DNA from: Nageia nagi
Lineage: Eukaryota; Plantae; Pinophyta
DNA: 64,000 bases
Assembly (NCBI GenBank): GCA_050084985.1
Contig: JBITNC010000001.1
Location: 148,366,001-148,430,000 of the forward strand
Reading direction: 5' to 3'
Part shown: positions 41,031-53,629 of the stretch, one piece after another
Numbering within the stretch: the first letter of the stretch is position 1
How the letters are laid out: each line of letters begins with the position of its first letter
Program-made: the position numbers and the translations under genes
Notes under the pieces: generated by a model
The model's input: only the letters and a program-made list of their open reading frames with translations
The model's database searches: none
Told to the model about the DNA's origin: nothing

Positions 41031-43154
41031 AAATGAACTATAAACTAGTAGCTTATAACTTTCTAGTTTTCCTCAACATTGATCTTTATATACTCAAATT
41101 TATTAATTGCTTGAAAAACAAATTAAACAACTACAAAGTACAAGTAATTGACAAAATCACACATCACAATACAAAATTACTAAGTTCCTCTCATGGAGGA
41201 ATATGGTGCAACTCACACAAAGCATCAATATTTTCTTCATAGTATAGTGACTTGAGTAACAGACATCTTACCTCTCCCATGAACTCTCCTTTGGAATCTA
41301 CATTATGGAATTTACACTCTTCATGCTTGTAATATCAAATTCCTAAATGGAATTCTTATCCATTTTCGATAAGCCTTTGATTTTATAACATCAATAGGCT
41401 TAATTTAGGAGGTATGGTCACAATAAATAATGCTAAATATTAGCATTTACCTCTTTGAATTATTTGATCTTATCTCCACATGAATCTCCTCTATACTTGG
41501 CATCTTATTGAGCATTTCATATGGTCAACATTAATTTATGCATTAGTATATGCTTTTGTAACAATAATAGTATTCTTGTTACACCTTATCACTCCAATAA
41601 TAGCCAAAAAAATATTCCATCCAAGACCATATAACAAATCCCAACAAATTTGGTTCTCAATTTGGTCTTCTCAAATTATCCTAAAATTGCTCCAGTGCCA
41701 TTTTCTAATGATGACAACTTCTTGACCATAATCCCAATAGTTATAAAATTTCATCCATTTGTTCTTGCAAATATGAAGCATAGCTGGTCCAAATTTTATA
41801 CCTTTACTCCTTACGAATCACTCCCAACGTAGCTATCAAGTTGGCCTCTATCGTAGATTTGCACCTGTCAGCTGTCAAAATTGACATAGAATGAGAAATT
41901 ACCATTTTTTGATCGCCATAACTTTCAATTCATTCACTCAAATATCTTCAAAATCTGAACACATCTTTCCAATGATATAGGGTACCATTGGTCCAAATTT
42001 CGTATCTTGGGTCAACTTACATTACTCTTGATGGGTCTACCAACAGAGACTTTGATGCAGATTTGCAATTTTATTTTAACTTCAAATTTTGAAGAGCTAT
42101 AACTTACACATCATAACTCAGTTTTACAAATCGTAAAAGGCATCATATTCCTTGAAATAAGAGCTATGACATAGTGTCATCAAATTCACTAAAAGATATA
42201 CTTCAAAATTCAACATTTTTAATAACTATGAAAATTAATTTTGGATCACTTCCAACAGGGTAAGATTTCATCCCAAAAGCTTTCTAGAACAAGATTTGAA
42301 CATCTAGACCTTTGGAAAATCTTCACTCTTGATTATTGCACTCATATACCATTGGGTTTTCAGCAGTCACCCCTTGGGTCTTACTTTCATGTTGCCTTTG
42401 GGTCATACTCGGTGGTAACATGGTCCTTTGATGCCTTGCTTAGATCTATTTGATTTCCTATTATGAATTATTAGGATTTTATAACAAACATGATCCGTAA
42501 ACTTAAGTTTAAGAGTTCCCATCAGATCTCACACTTAAAATTTTAAGTGCTTGCAAAAATAAAATGCACACCAAAACACACAAAATGATGTACACAAATA
42601 TTTACCCTAGTTCACTCGATGTGGGTTACATCCAACAAAACGAAGTTTCTATTTATTATGGTGAATCTCGAATATCTGTTACAAAATCCAATGATCACAA
42701 GCCCTATTTTTTTATTGAAGTGCTCTCAACACATTGTTGGAAGTCTTTAAATAAGTTTTTTTTTAAATCACTTTGGAGACTATGAAGATCTCTCTTTGTC
42801 ACCATAAACACTTAATCACTCCTCAAATTTGCATATGTCAAGATAACTTTTTATTGCATCTGCTACACATAGCAATCTCAACACAAAATCTACTAACTCC
42901 CTCATGGAGTTGTTCATAATGCGAAGATTCCATAATGGTCCTCCACCATTACTCTCATGGCAATTATGTTTTCCATAGAGTTTTACAAAAATATGGAGTA
43001 TATATATTTCTCAAAACCTACACTCTCATGCTTACGGCATGGAATTCCTTGGAGTATCTACATTTCTCCATGCACTTTCTCCCTCTGCAACCCATGAACA
43101 ACCTAGTTAGGGAAGATAAGGATGTTTGTTGTGCAAAACCTTGCAAGACAAACA

Positions 43155-46100
43155 TGGCTCTATTTTCCCCTAAAATCTTGTTACTCAATTTATAAGTTTT
43201 GAAGGGTACCAATTATGTTGTTTGGAAGACCAAGATACAAGCAATTTTTGGAATTTGAAGAATTATGAAAGATTGTTACAAGAATCGAAACTCGTCCAAC
43301 AATAGTTAGTGAATACTAGACAAAGTTTGATAAAATAAGTAAAAAAATCTTGAATGATTATCTTACTTGGCATTTCAAATGATGTTCAACCCCATATTCC
43401 ATACTCCAAAGATATTGTCAAAGCATGTGAGAAGATGTAAGAACTGTTTGCATCCAAGAATCAAAATCAAATTCTACATTTGTAAGGATAGTTACACACA
43501 CTAAAACTAAAACATGGTGAAAAATGTGATTCCTTTTTTCACAAGATTGAAAACCTCTGCTCCTCTCAATTAGCATTAAGAAAGATAATATAATATAAGC
43601 TCATTGTACCCATTATCCTGAAAGGACTCCCAAAGACATATCATACCTTTGTGATAACAATTAACATCCTAAAGAAAACACCTAAGTTTGAAGAGTTAGT
43701 AAATATGTTGCAACAAGAAGAAGCTTCCAATGATTCTAAATGAATATGAACAAGCCATGATGTTCAATCAAAGAGGTAAGAAGCCCTTCCAATAGAAAGG
43801 AAAAGGCAAAAACTTATCTTAGTCCAATAATAAGCATAAGAAGAGTTATTTGATTTATGAAAAGAAAGGGCATGAATTGCAGGATTATTGTAGAGAATTC
43901 CATTAGTGTTCATATCCATGTTCTTTGCTCAAATCAAGGGGGAGAATACCTATCAAATGATTTTTCTGCATTTTTGAAGCGGCATAGAATTTGACAACAA
44001 TTGATCACACCTTACATATCACAACAAAATATAGCTTAAGAAGGGATAAATCGAACCATAGTTGAAATGGTGATACGTATGCTAAAAGATGCAAAGATGA
44101 ATGGAGCATTTTGGGTTGAAGCTATAAAAACTATAATATATCTTCTTAATAAAGTACTAATAAAAGCTCTTAAGGGGATAACCTTTGAAGAAGCATGGAC
44201 ATAAGTAAACCCATCTATATCTTATCTTCGAGTATTTAGTTGCACTACCTACATGCATATTCCTAAAGAGAAACTAAAGAAGTTAGATAATAAGTCCATG
44301 AGGTGCATTCTTCTCGAGTGTAGTAGTGAATCCAAAGGGTGTAGACTCATGAACCCTAATCCTCAAAAGATTTATATGAACAGAGATGTCATTTTTTATG
44401 AGACTAATGATTTTTCAACTAGTCCACCTACAACACCACCTTATCTTGATAATGGTCTCATAATCAATAATGATGATGAGAGAGAATTTCTAGTTGTGAA
44501 CTTGTCACATGATAATTTCAAAAGATTGAAATATAACCAAAAAATATTACAAGATTCACATTTGCTTGCTCCACTAGACACTTCTACATCCAAACCAATG
44601 AAACAAAGCATGGCTCATGAGGAAGTGAACTTGGTTTTGATGAGCACAATGGTGAATACACCTTAACCTAAAATGGTTCATGAAGCCCTTCGACTACCAT
44701 ATTAGAATTCACCTATGTAAGTTGAGTATGATGCATTAATGTAAAATTGTACATAGAAGTTAATAGAACTTCCACCTAATAATAATCCCATTGGATAAAA
44801 ATGGGTGTTCAAAACAAAGTATACGACTAATGGAACACTTAATAAGCATAAGGCTTGACTAGTTTCCAAATGATATGCATAAGAGGAAGCTATCAGCTAT
44901 GAGGAGATATTTTCTCCCACAACCAAGATAAAGACCATAAATATTTTTTTTTTTGCAATAGCTACACAATTTGGTTGGAAAGTTTACTAGATGGATGTGA
45001 AGAGTACCTTCTTGAAGATGTGTAGTTTGATCAAGTATTTGTATAGTTTGAAATAAACTCCAAGAGCCTAGTATATTAAAATTGATGAACACCTACTACA
45101 ATATGGTTTTGTTCAAAGCCCATATGATCGTAGTCTCTACCTTCTAAAATATGGGGGGAGATAGCCATAGTTGTAGTATATGTCGATAATTTGCTCATCA
45201 CAAGGAGTATTGAGGAGTTGATCCTATTTTGTAAAGAAGATCTTAAAAAATCATTATGAATAATCTTTGTTTACTTCACTATTGCCTTGGATTTTAGGTC
45301 TAGTAGATTTAAAATTGAATATTTGTTTTACAAATGAAGTACACCAAGGATTTGATGAAGAAATTTAGGATGATAAATTGCCAACTAATTTCCATGCCAA
45401 TTGAATCTAGTTTACATTTTTCATGCCATGACAGTTCTTCACCAGTAAAGGCAACTTGCTACTATCAACTAATTAGAGGGTTAATTTATCTTGCATATAG
45501 TAGGCCAAATATTTGCTATGTTGTTAACTATCTTTCAAGGTTTATGCATAAACTAAAGAAATTACATTGGATAAAAACCAAATATGTGTTGAGATAAATT
45601 TATTATACTAAACATTATGACTTAGAGTATAAGAAGAATGATAAGTTCTTCTTGACCAGATACACAAGCAAATTATAAAAGATCCTTGGATGATAGGAGA
45701 TCAATGATAGGATATGTTTTCTTCCTTAGATCTAGATTGATTTCATGGGGTGGAAGGAAACAAAGCATCACATCCAAGTCTACCACAGATTCAATATATT
45801 GTGCTACTATAGAAGCTATTTGTGAATCAATATGGTTACATCACATTTTGTCAGATATTGAAATACCACATAATCAACCTACCATTCTCCATTGCAATAA
45901 TTAGGGTATATTGAAACTAGTCCAAAATCTTATTTTTCATGAGCACACCAAACACATTGAGATACAGGTGCAATCCATTTGGGATCATGTTTCATTACAC
46001 AACATTCAACTCCAATACATTTCCACAAAAGAGTAAATTAGAGATGTCTTCACCAAATCTCTTAACTATGGAAATTTGAATACTTTCAAAGCTTCCTCTC

Positions 46101-46330
46101 TTCTTCTTTGAGGCCCTAATGTATTATGGGGATAATGTTAGAAATAATACATTAGTGAAAGATTAGATACATTAAGTATCTAAGAAATAATAAATAATTA
46201 TAATGTTAATATTAAATTAACATTACTAATGATTTTTATAAGAGAATGTTAACTCCCACTTAAATGTATATAAGTCTATTTTCATTCAATAAAAAAAAAA
46301 ACTCTCAAATCATTTCAATTTTTAACTATT
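43155..46330 (+). mobile_element. Degenerate Copia element, internally deleted (protease/integrase N-part missing), with PPT and start of 3' LTR
   Basis: gag FEGTNYVVWKTKI; integrase/SH3 HIPKEKLKKLDNKSMRCI; RT and RNase H (RPNICYVVNYLSRFM, DDRRSMIGYVF, HEHTKHIEI). PPT then TGTTAG at 46136. No matching 5' LTR recognised. Confidence 0.8.
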
Positions 46331-47115
46331 GATCGCATCCTCACTCTTCGGGTGCCATTGAAGGAGCTCGAGCAAACAAACATAAGGTTTTTTGTTGCTT
46401 TTTTTACTTTCATAAAGCCTTTTAAAACATACTAAAAAATTTTAAATTTTATATATTTATTTGCTATATATTATTTTAAATTATATATGAAATTGCATTA
46501 AAATATATTACAATATGAAAAAGTTATCAATGTTTTATCTTCACCCTTTTTATCCAAAATTTTCAATCTAACATTTTTGGAAAAAACCCTATTCCTCACA
46601 TAAGTTGGGAAATAGAGCTCTAAAAACTCTAAAATTTTAATTATATTCTTCTAATATAATTATCTAAAAACCCACAAAATTTCAAAACCCAAATCCCAAA
46701 AATGAAAAATATATGACTATTTTACTTTTGCCCTTTTAATAAAAAATTCTAGTTCTAGGGTTCTTGGAGAAAATCTCAATCGTCTCATAAGTTAACCAAT
46801 ACAAATCCAAACGATATGAAATTTTGATTATATGATGATCTTATTTATATAAAACTTATCCTAAAAAAATCAAAAGTAAAACCCCTTTCTTCCACCCTAT
46901 ACAACAATTTTATTACAAAAATTAAAATGTTGATAAAATCTACAATATAGTTCCAACATAATTGAAATTTTATTATGCACTCTTGACATGATTATCTGCA
47001 AACTCTTAAACTTTTATCAAAAAATACCTATATATGTGTGATATATCAACAAATTACTCGATCTTGTAAAAAAGCCTTTAACTTCTTCAAATCCACCCAT
47101 AAATGCCAAGATCAT

Positions 47116-47644
47116 GCTTTGGTACCATGTGTTAAGACTCTCACTTTTGTATATAATCAGATTATTCACAAATACACATAAAACCATTCCAATATGCAAA
47201 TACCACTCAAATATACAAAACCATTACAAATACTACTTACTAAAATAACATAATCACTTTTCCCAATTAAAAGGGGGCAGGATCACCTTTCCCACTTCAA
47301 AGGGGGCACCTTCTAGAGAACAAGTTCTCTCCTCAAAACCTTCTTTTATTTCTTTGATGATTCACAATAGGGAAGGCTCTTCTATAAATATCCCTCTTTG
47401 AACTTTCATCTTCCATATCTAATACATGTGGGATAAATACTTATATAACATAAATACCAAATTATGGGGTCATAAAATTTCCACCCCATTAAATAAGCTT
47501 TATCCTCAAAGCTTGTACATACATCAAAACATAATAGCCTACATACATCAAAATATATTAATCTACACATACCACACATCACAACATAATAGCCTATTAA
47601 TCTTCTAGATAGGACCTCTAATCCTTCTACTAAAGATATTAACA
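47116..47644 (-). mobile_element. 5' LTR (47130-47644) with degenerate iMet PBS of a truncated minus-strand LTR element
   Basis: TGTTAA...TTAACA ends; the adjacent gctttggtacca reads TGGTACCAAAGC on the minus strand. Confidence 0.65.
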
Positions 47645-48260
47645 AAAGGATCAAAATGGAAATCTACTTGGCCTATATGAAGATAATATAGATTCAACCA
47701 AAAAAATTGCTTTTATCAAAACTATTGCATTATCTTCAAGTTTACATAAAACTAGAGAATGGTGTTATATGTTGTTAGCCCATATTACATCAAGCTACAT
47801 GTATCACATGGTCTCTATTTCTCCCTTATTCATATAAGGGTTTGCTTACACCAAATTCATATTGAGACAAACCATAATATCCCTAGAGACCAATATATAT
47901 GCAAACTATACAACATGGAGCCAAAGATAAGAGAGCACTTCATATTCATTTGCTCAATCTACTATGAAATTTGAGTTCAATTTTATTTCTTATTTAGGGT
48001 TGCCCCCACTTTGAAATCTTGGATGAGTTACTAAGACTAATAACATGTCACACTCTATATAAGGGAAGCCACCTATCTCATATAGAAGTGATCAATGATA
48101 GATCTTGCAACACAAGCTATATATTTATTACATCTTATTTTCAACTGTATGAAACTATGAATAAGAAGCATCACACAAACCCTAAAGACTCTAGAAGAAT
48201 CACCTATTCATGCACTACTACTAAACCCACAAGGGTTACCTCCTCTGGTTGCAACATCAA
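47645..48260 (+). mobile_element. 3' end of a LINE ORF2 with C-terminal Cys/His motif (probably the same family as 38730-41030)
   Basis: LIHIRVCLHQIHIETNHNIPRDQYICKLYNMEPKIREHFIFICSIYYEI resembles the L(E)IETGR..C..C..E..HF...C..Y..IR terminus of RTEX-type LINEs. Confidence 0.6.
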
Positions 48261-49262
48261 GAATTTATTTTCGACATCAAATGCTATAGGATCCCCTTTG
48301 TGTCTCTATATGTATACTTTATTCCTCACTTAATATTATTACATTTAACACCCTTTTTTTCCTCACTCAATATTTACGAACCTTCTTGGTACAAGGAAAT
48401 TTATGGGAAAGGAAGTGAGTAACAAGAATGAAGTCTTGGGAAGAGGACCTCATTAATTCTAGTAAAAGGTGGTGATTAAATATCTTTATTTATAAATGCA
48501 TCCCATACATTTCAATTATTTTCAAAAGGTTAGTGCATGCAAAATTTGGAATTCAAGTAAAAATTTATAGAGGAGGTATAGAGATAGATGGAAAGTTAGT
48601 GTTTACGAATCTTGTCAACACTTAAAATGCAAGGAAGCACTAGGAAGTGTGGGATATTTTGAGTTGAGGGGAGGATGAATAAATTCATGGAAGCATGCAA
48701 GGTTTTCAAACCAACATGATCACTAATAATTGGTAGAACTTGGAATTAAGGGAGATGTAAGGTCCATAGCATTGAAGTGGAGTTTAATATGAAGATAATT
48801 ATGAAAGAAACCTTTACGCGGGATGAAGGCAATGAAATAAAGATAAATACTAAACTCAACAAGGTGGTAGAAGTTTGTATATTTAAGGATCAAGATAAAT
48901 AGCTTAGAAAGTGTAGAATAAATTATCACATAATAAGCCTACCCAAACCCTAGGATAAAGTAATGAAGCATATGATGAAGTATGGAATACTTATGACAGA
49001 CATAAAGAGGTATTTATAATTCATTTTGGTCTATTAAATCATTTCAAGTACAATGAGGTAGTTAATTTCCCCTTCTTTATTTTCCATTCTATGAAGATTT
49101 CAATACAAAAATTCAAATAGAATAAACTAGAATTGTTGGAAACTCAATCCTTAGGGATTAAGGTAATTTATGATTATTAATAGTTTTAGGTGTGTGAGTA
49201 TGCAAGTATTTATATGAGATCAAATTAATACAATACTTGGCTTTTGGAGTTTCTCCTTCAAG

Positions 49263-49275
49263 TGGTATCAGAGCC
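49263..49275 (+). promoter_or_regulatory. Primer-binding site (tRNA-iMet)
   Basis: TGGTATCAGAGCC, 2 bp after the LTR end. Confidence 0.92.
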
Positions 49276-49826
49276 TCGTTGGAGAAGATCCGGAGAACTC
49301 CATTGCCCATCCTCCAAAGATGAGGGTTTGAAGTTTTTTGTTGGTTCGTAGTTTTAGCTATGGTTATGAAGATTTGAATCTGTTATGGGGATTTGAATCT
49401 ATTGAAGAGAGGCAGAGGACTACCCTAGAGATATGAATGATGGCCAGAGGGGCCATGAGAGAAGATCATGCAGAGAAAGGGGTGTTGGAGTGCATCTCCT
49501 TGCATGGATCATGAGAAGAGCCTATGTGGAGAAAGGGGTGTGTCTTGGACTGCACCTCCCCACATGGAGCCTGAGGAAGAGAAGAAAGTGCCTCATAGAG
49601 GAGGCATCGCACAGCTGAAAGATGTTGTAAGGGATGCAAACCATTTATTCAGACCTAAGAGATTATGAATGCTACCGTGGAATGAGCCATTTAATCTACC
49701 GGGGCTTTGATCAAGAGAAAGAATGGGGGAGTTTGGAAGGCTTCCGTGATACGAAGAAATATCGTTTGAAATAGAGCTTGAGTGTTTGAGAAATAGTGGA
49801 TTGGAAGCAAAGGATTCCAGTACAAG

Positions 49827-50350
49827 TATGATAGTGCTTATTCAACTCCTTATGTAAGCATGCCATCCAGCCTCGGGAAGTTTTTTGGTGCAATTTTTTT
49901 TTTCTTCAGCGCCCCTACGAGTCCCATAAGAGCTTACCGGTTTGAGAATAGTAACATTCTTTCCTGCAATTTACATACAGGTGGAAAGATGGAGGAGGAA
50001 GGTGAGAACTCAGTGGTTTCTCCCCATGGTTCTGATTTCGAGTTCAATGCTAGATTTACGGAGTTTGAAGGAGAAGCGATTTCTACCGATGAGCTATTCT
50101 GGAATGGGCAGATTCGACCCATGAAGGTGGCTCTACATGGGGAGGCACCACTATGGTCGATGCTTGATGTGGAAGAGAACAAAGCGATGCCACCGGTGGA
50201 AGAAGGTTTGAGGGGCCATGATAGAGGGCTTTGGAGAGAGAATTCATTATGCCACTAGCGGATGAGGTCTCTTTCTCTGCTACGTAGCGAGCCTCAGTGG
50301 GCTACGGAGACGACGGAGCCTGCACATGATGAGGGAGACGCGAAGTCATG
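49827..50350 (+). pseudogene. Captured fragment of a DUF1645-family gene
   Basis: One frame reads YDSAYSTPYVSMPSSLGK..FFFSAPTSP..SDFEFNARF..ISTDELFWNGQIRPMK..RGHDR..*RMRSLSLLR. This matches the DUF1645 motif series STPYVSAPSSP / SAPxSP / DFEF / ADELFxxGQIRP / RSLSPLR. Premature stops at 50256 and 50348. Confidence 0.75.
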
Positions 50351-50552
50351 AGGTGGCATGGAAAAATGCTGAGAAAAAAAAAGAAGGAGAAAAAATGCTA
50401 AAGATGAGGTTGAAGTTGAGCGAGGAGCTCCTCCAGGCCAAACGGTGGACCAAGTGGGATCCAAAACAGAGCTGCCAAGAGCCGTGGCATGAACGAGTCT
50501 GAGGAGACGGATGGAATGCGATTGGAGATAGCCAGATGTGGAGACTAGCACC

Positions 50553-51344
50553 ATGCTCATGCCATCATTGAGCCCGTTGTTCACCTACCCTACGTGCATT
50601 TCTGAAACTAGCATACATTTTATTTTGGATACTGTTGTTTCCAAAAATAGAAGGCTTTCTGGGTTTTTCAGTGGAGCAAGCCATAATAAGGCAAATGCAG
50701 GATATTCCATCATTTATCAGCATCGATTGTTAGGAATTTCCATTTTACATGCGTATAATTTGGATTACCAACTATTTCCTCAACTGTTTTCATTCTCGTC
50801 CTTGCGAGAGTCCTTGCAAGAGTCTCTCAGTTATTCCTCGATGAAAAATGTGGTGTTGAAGCACGAGCTGACTAGGAGGATGCCACGATGGCACGTCATG
50901 GTGGCGATGGAGTCTCTAAGAGAGAATGCTAAGAGAATCGATCACGAGTACGGCATAGGACAGAAGAGCCACGTGCTTACGATGGATTTTCGTAGGAATT
51001 GGCCTAGGTACAAGAGAGAACTTGATGAATTTTTAAATACACCTTTGGGCAGAAGTATGGCTACATTGGCATTTCTTTGGTTTGCCATTTCTGGATGGCT
51101 ATTTCAAATTATTATTCTTGGTACCTGGGTCTTACCCTTTGCGGCTCCTTTTCTTATTGGAGCAGTTGCAAGAAATACAGTAATAGAGGGAGCATGTCCA
51201 GCTTGTAAAAAGCATTTTATAGGTAATCGCAATCAGGTTATTCAGTGCATGAATTGCAAGGCTGTAGTATGGCAACCACGTGAAGACTTTTCAAAGGGAA
51301 ATTCAAACCCTGATATCATTGATATTGATATTGAGGAGAAGTGA
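50553..51344 (+). CDS. Chimeric intron-less ORF (263 aa from first ATG); the C-terminal ~145 aa is a conserved plant membrane/Zn-ribbon protein resembling Arabidopsis At2g44870
   Basis: From ~50907: AKRIDHEYGIG..DFRRNWPRYKRELDEFLNTPLGRSMATLAFLWFAISGWLF..WVLPFAAPFLIG..IEGACPACKKHFIG..IQCMNCKAVVWQP..DIIDIDIEEK*. The N-terminal part is unrecognised. Expression unknown. Confidence 0.6.
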   Translation: MLMPSLSPLFTYPTCISETSIHFILDTVVSKNRRLSGFFSGASHNKANAGYSIIYQHRLLGISILHAYNLDYQLFPQLFSFSSLRESLQESLSYSSMKNVVLKHELTRRMPRWHVMVAMESLRENAKRIDHEYGIGQKSHVLTMDFRRNWPRYKRELDEFLNTPLGRSMATLAFLWFAISGWLFQIIILGTWVLPFAAPFLIGAVARNTVIEGACPACKKHFIGNRNQVIQCMNCKAVVWQPREDFSKGNSNPDIIDIDIEEK

Positions 51345-52357
51345 AATATCATTAAGCAATATCATCTAGCACCAGAAAGTCTAGTTCCAAACTAGCTCCA
51401 GAAAAGGCTCCAGAAAAAGCTCCAGAAATGTTTTGTAGCATCTACTACACACCTTGAGGCATCTTTGTATTCTCATTTATTTCTTAATCCCTTGCGGATT
51501 AAAGGAGGGAATGTTGGAAACTTAATCCTTAGGGATTAAGGTAATTTATGATTATTAATAGTTTTAGGTGTTTGAGTATGCAAGTATTTATATGAGATCA
51601 AATTAATACAATACTTGGCTTTTGGAGTTTCTCCTTCAAGAATTACCTTTACATTAGTGTCATCAAGCTAATGTATAATTTAAATTTGGCTAGGCAACCT
51701 AGGTAAGTCTAAACAAAAATATGATTGTAGAAGAAGAGAAGGTAGACATTTCATTGGAGATCATTATTAGAAGTAAAGAGCTAAAAAACAAGGATGAAGA
51801 CATAAAAATTACAAACGAAGTAGAGTCTTCATAAAGAGTTGAGGGAAGAGTAAAGGAAACCAACGAAATGTAAGTAATACTTTAGACCCTTTATTATTCT
51901 TGATGCTACCTAAATGAAGAGCGAAAATAAAGAGAACAAATATTTAGAAGCAAAGGATGCAACACTACATAAGCAAACTCAACCTGTGGCAAAGATTTGA
52001 AAGATGGATGAAGTGAAAGATCCTATAAATAGTGGAAAAAGGAATAAACTACAACGAATATTACCTAACTAAACTATAGAAAATGAAGTATTAATTCAAA
52101 ACAAAAACAAAAAAAAAAGTAAAATAAATGAGGAACACATAAGGAAAAATTATAGTTCAATTCATTAATCTAGAGGAGGAGCCACGTAAAGAATAATTTG
52201 GGATGGAAGAACAAAGTAAGGTAGAATCAAAACCTATAAAACTAAGACACACACAAATAATTGTAAGGTTATCTCAACATTTGAAGCTACATAACATGAT
52301 CTTGGTGGGGGAAATCATAAGATAGAGATGGCCAAGCCCAATTTTTGAGGGATTGCC

Positions 52358-52870
52358 TATGAATTTGACTAGGACCCAATAGGAAATGAAAAGTATGTAC
52401 CTAAAATTATTTAAGAATAATCACAAGACCATAGTTTTTAGATTTGATAAATATGATGATGAGAAAGCGAAGGATATAATGAAGCTCGTATTTGACATAG
52501 GGATGCATATTGCATCATTCAATTAGCATATGAATTTGACTAGGACCCAATAGGGAATGAAAAACATGTACTTAAAAATTCTTTAAGAATAAACACAAGA
52601 CTATAGTTTTAAGATTTGATAAATATGATGATGAGAAAGAGTAGGATATAATGAAGCTTGTATTTGACATAGGGATGCATATTGCATCGTTCAATTAGCA
52701 TATGAATTTGACTAGGACCTAATAGGAAATGAAAAATATGTACCTAAAATTCTTTAAAACTAATCTCAAGGCTATAGTTTTTATATTTGATAAAGATGAT
52801 GATGAGAAAGAGGAGGATATAATGAAGCTTGTATTTGACATAGGATGCATATTGCATCGTCAATTATCAT
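52358..52870. repeat. Tandem repeat, 171-172-bp unit x3
   Basis: The unit start tatgaatttgactaggacc occurs at 52358, 52529 and 52701. Confidence 0.92.
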
Positions 52871-53629
52871 AGATTCTTCTAACCAAAGCTAATTTGGATG
52901 CAAATGGAGGAATAATAGCAACAATTTAAGATGGTTTATTTTGTTAAGACACTTAACTATATATTTTTTGATTTGTTCACCTTGTTGTGATTATAAAAAA
53001 AATTATAATGACTATATATTATATTGTTCTCAATGATACATCTATAGTATGAACTTTTGATGTAAAAGTAAAAGGTTTACAAAACCCTTTCAAAACTCCT
53101 AATTTTCCTATTAATTCATTTACCATAAATTAATTAAATATATATAAGCTTATTTAAACACTTTTTTAAAGATTTAAAAAATATATATATTGAAAAGAAT
53201 ATTATAAAATCTGAAACTATTTTATTTACTAAATAAAAGATCCATATCTTTTTAAAAATAAAAATGGCCATTACTTGTGGATTTTTTCTTTAAAAAAAGA
53301 GTCCCAAATAATATTAAAATTATTATCTCTTATATAAGAAAATTTCAAAATGACTACTGTATGATAATTTTCATTCAAATTTAAATGAAATCAAAATGCT
53401 AAAATTACTTTAGAAATAAAATTAAAATGCAATTGGCAAGTTTGAAAATAAGAATAATGGAAACAACTTCACTTATTCATATGCCCTTTATATTGAATCT
53501 CCTGATAACATACATGATTTTATATTATATTTTGGTTGTACCAACCATATGTGTTTTGAAACATATAAATATAAATTTCTTTATAAACATAAATATGATT
53601 CAATCTGAATCGATGATGATTCAAATTTC

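Larger units (their letters stand above)
49134..51638 (+). mobile_element. Non-autonomous TRIM-like LTR retroelement carrying captured host-gene sequence
   Basis: 127-bp LTRs at 49134-49260 and 51512-51638 (TG..CA, 2 mismatches). Perfect TSD AGAAT (49129-49133, 51639-51643). PBS TGGTATCAGAGCC at 49263-49275, PPT AAAGGAGGGAA at 51501-51511. No gag/pol motifs recognised inside. Confidence 0.95.

Noticed and set aside
49934-50584. Minus-strand ORFs within the TRIM
   Set aside because: Antisense to the DUF1645-like cargo, with no independent support.
48350-52200. Flanks of the TRIM as a minus-strand LINE
   Set aside because: Strand-biased composition is suggestive, but no diagnostic motif was readable.
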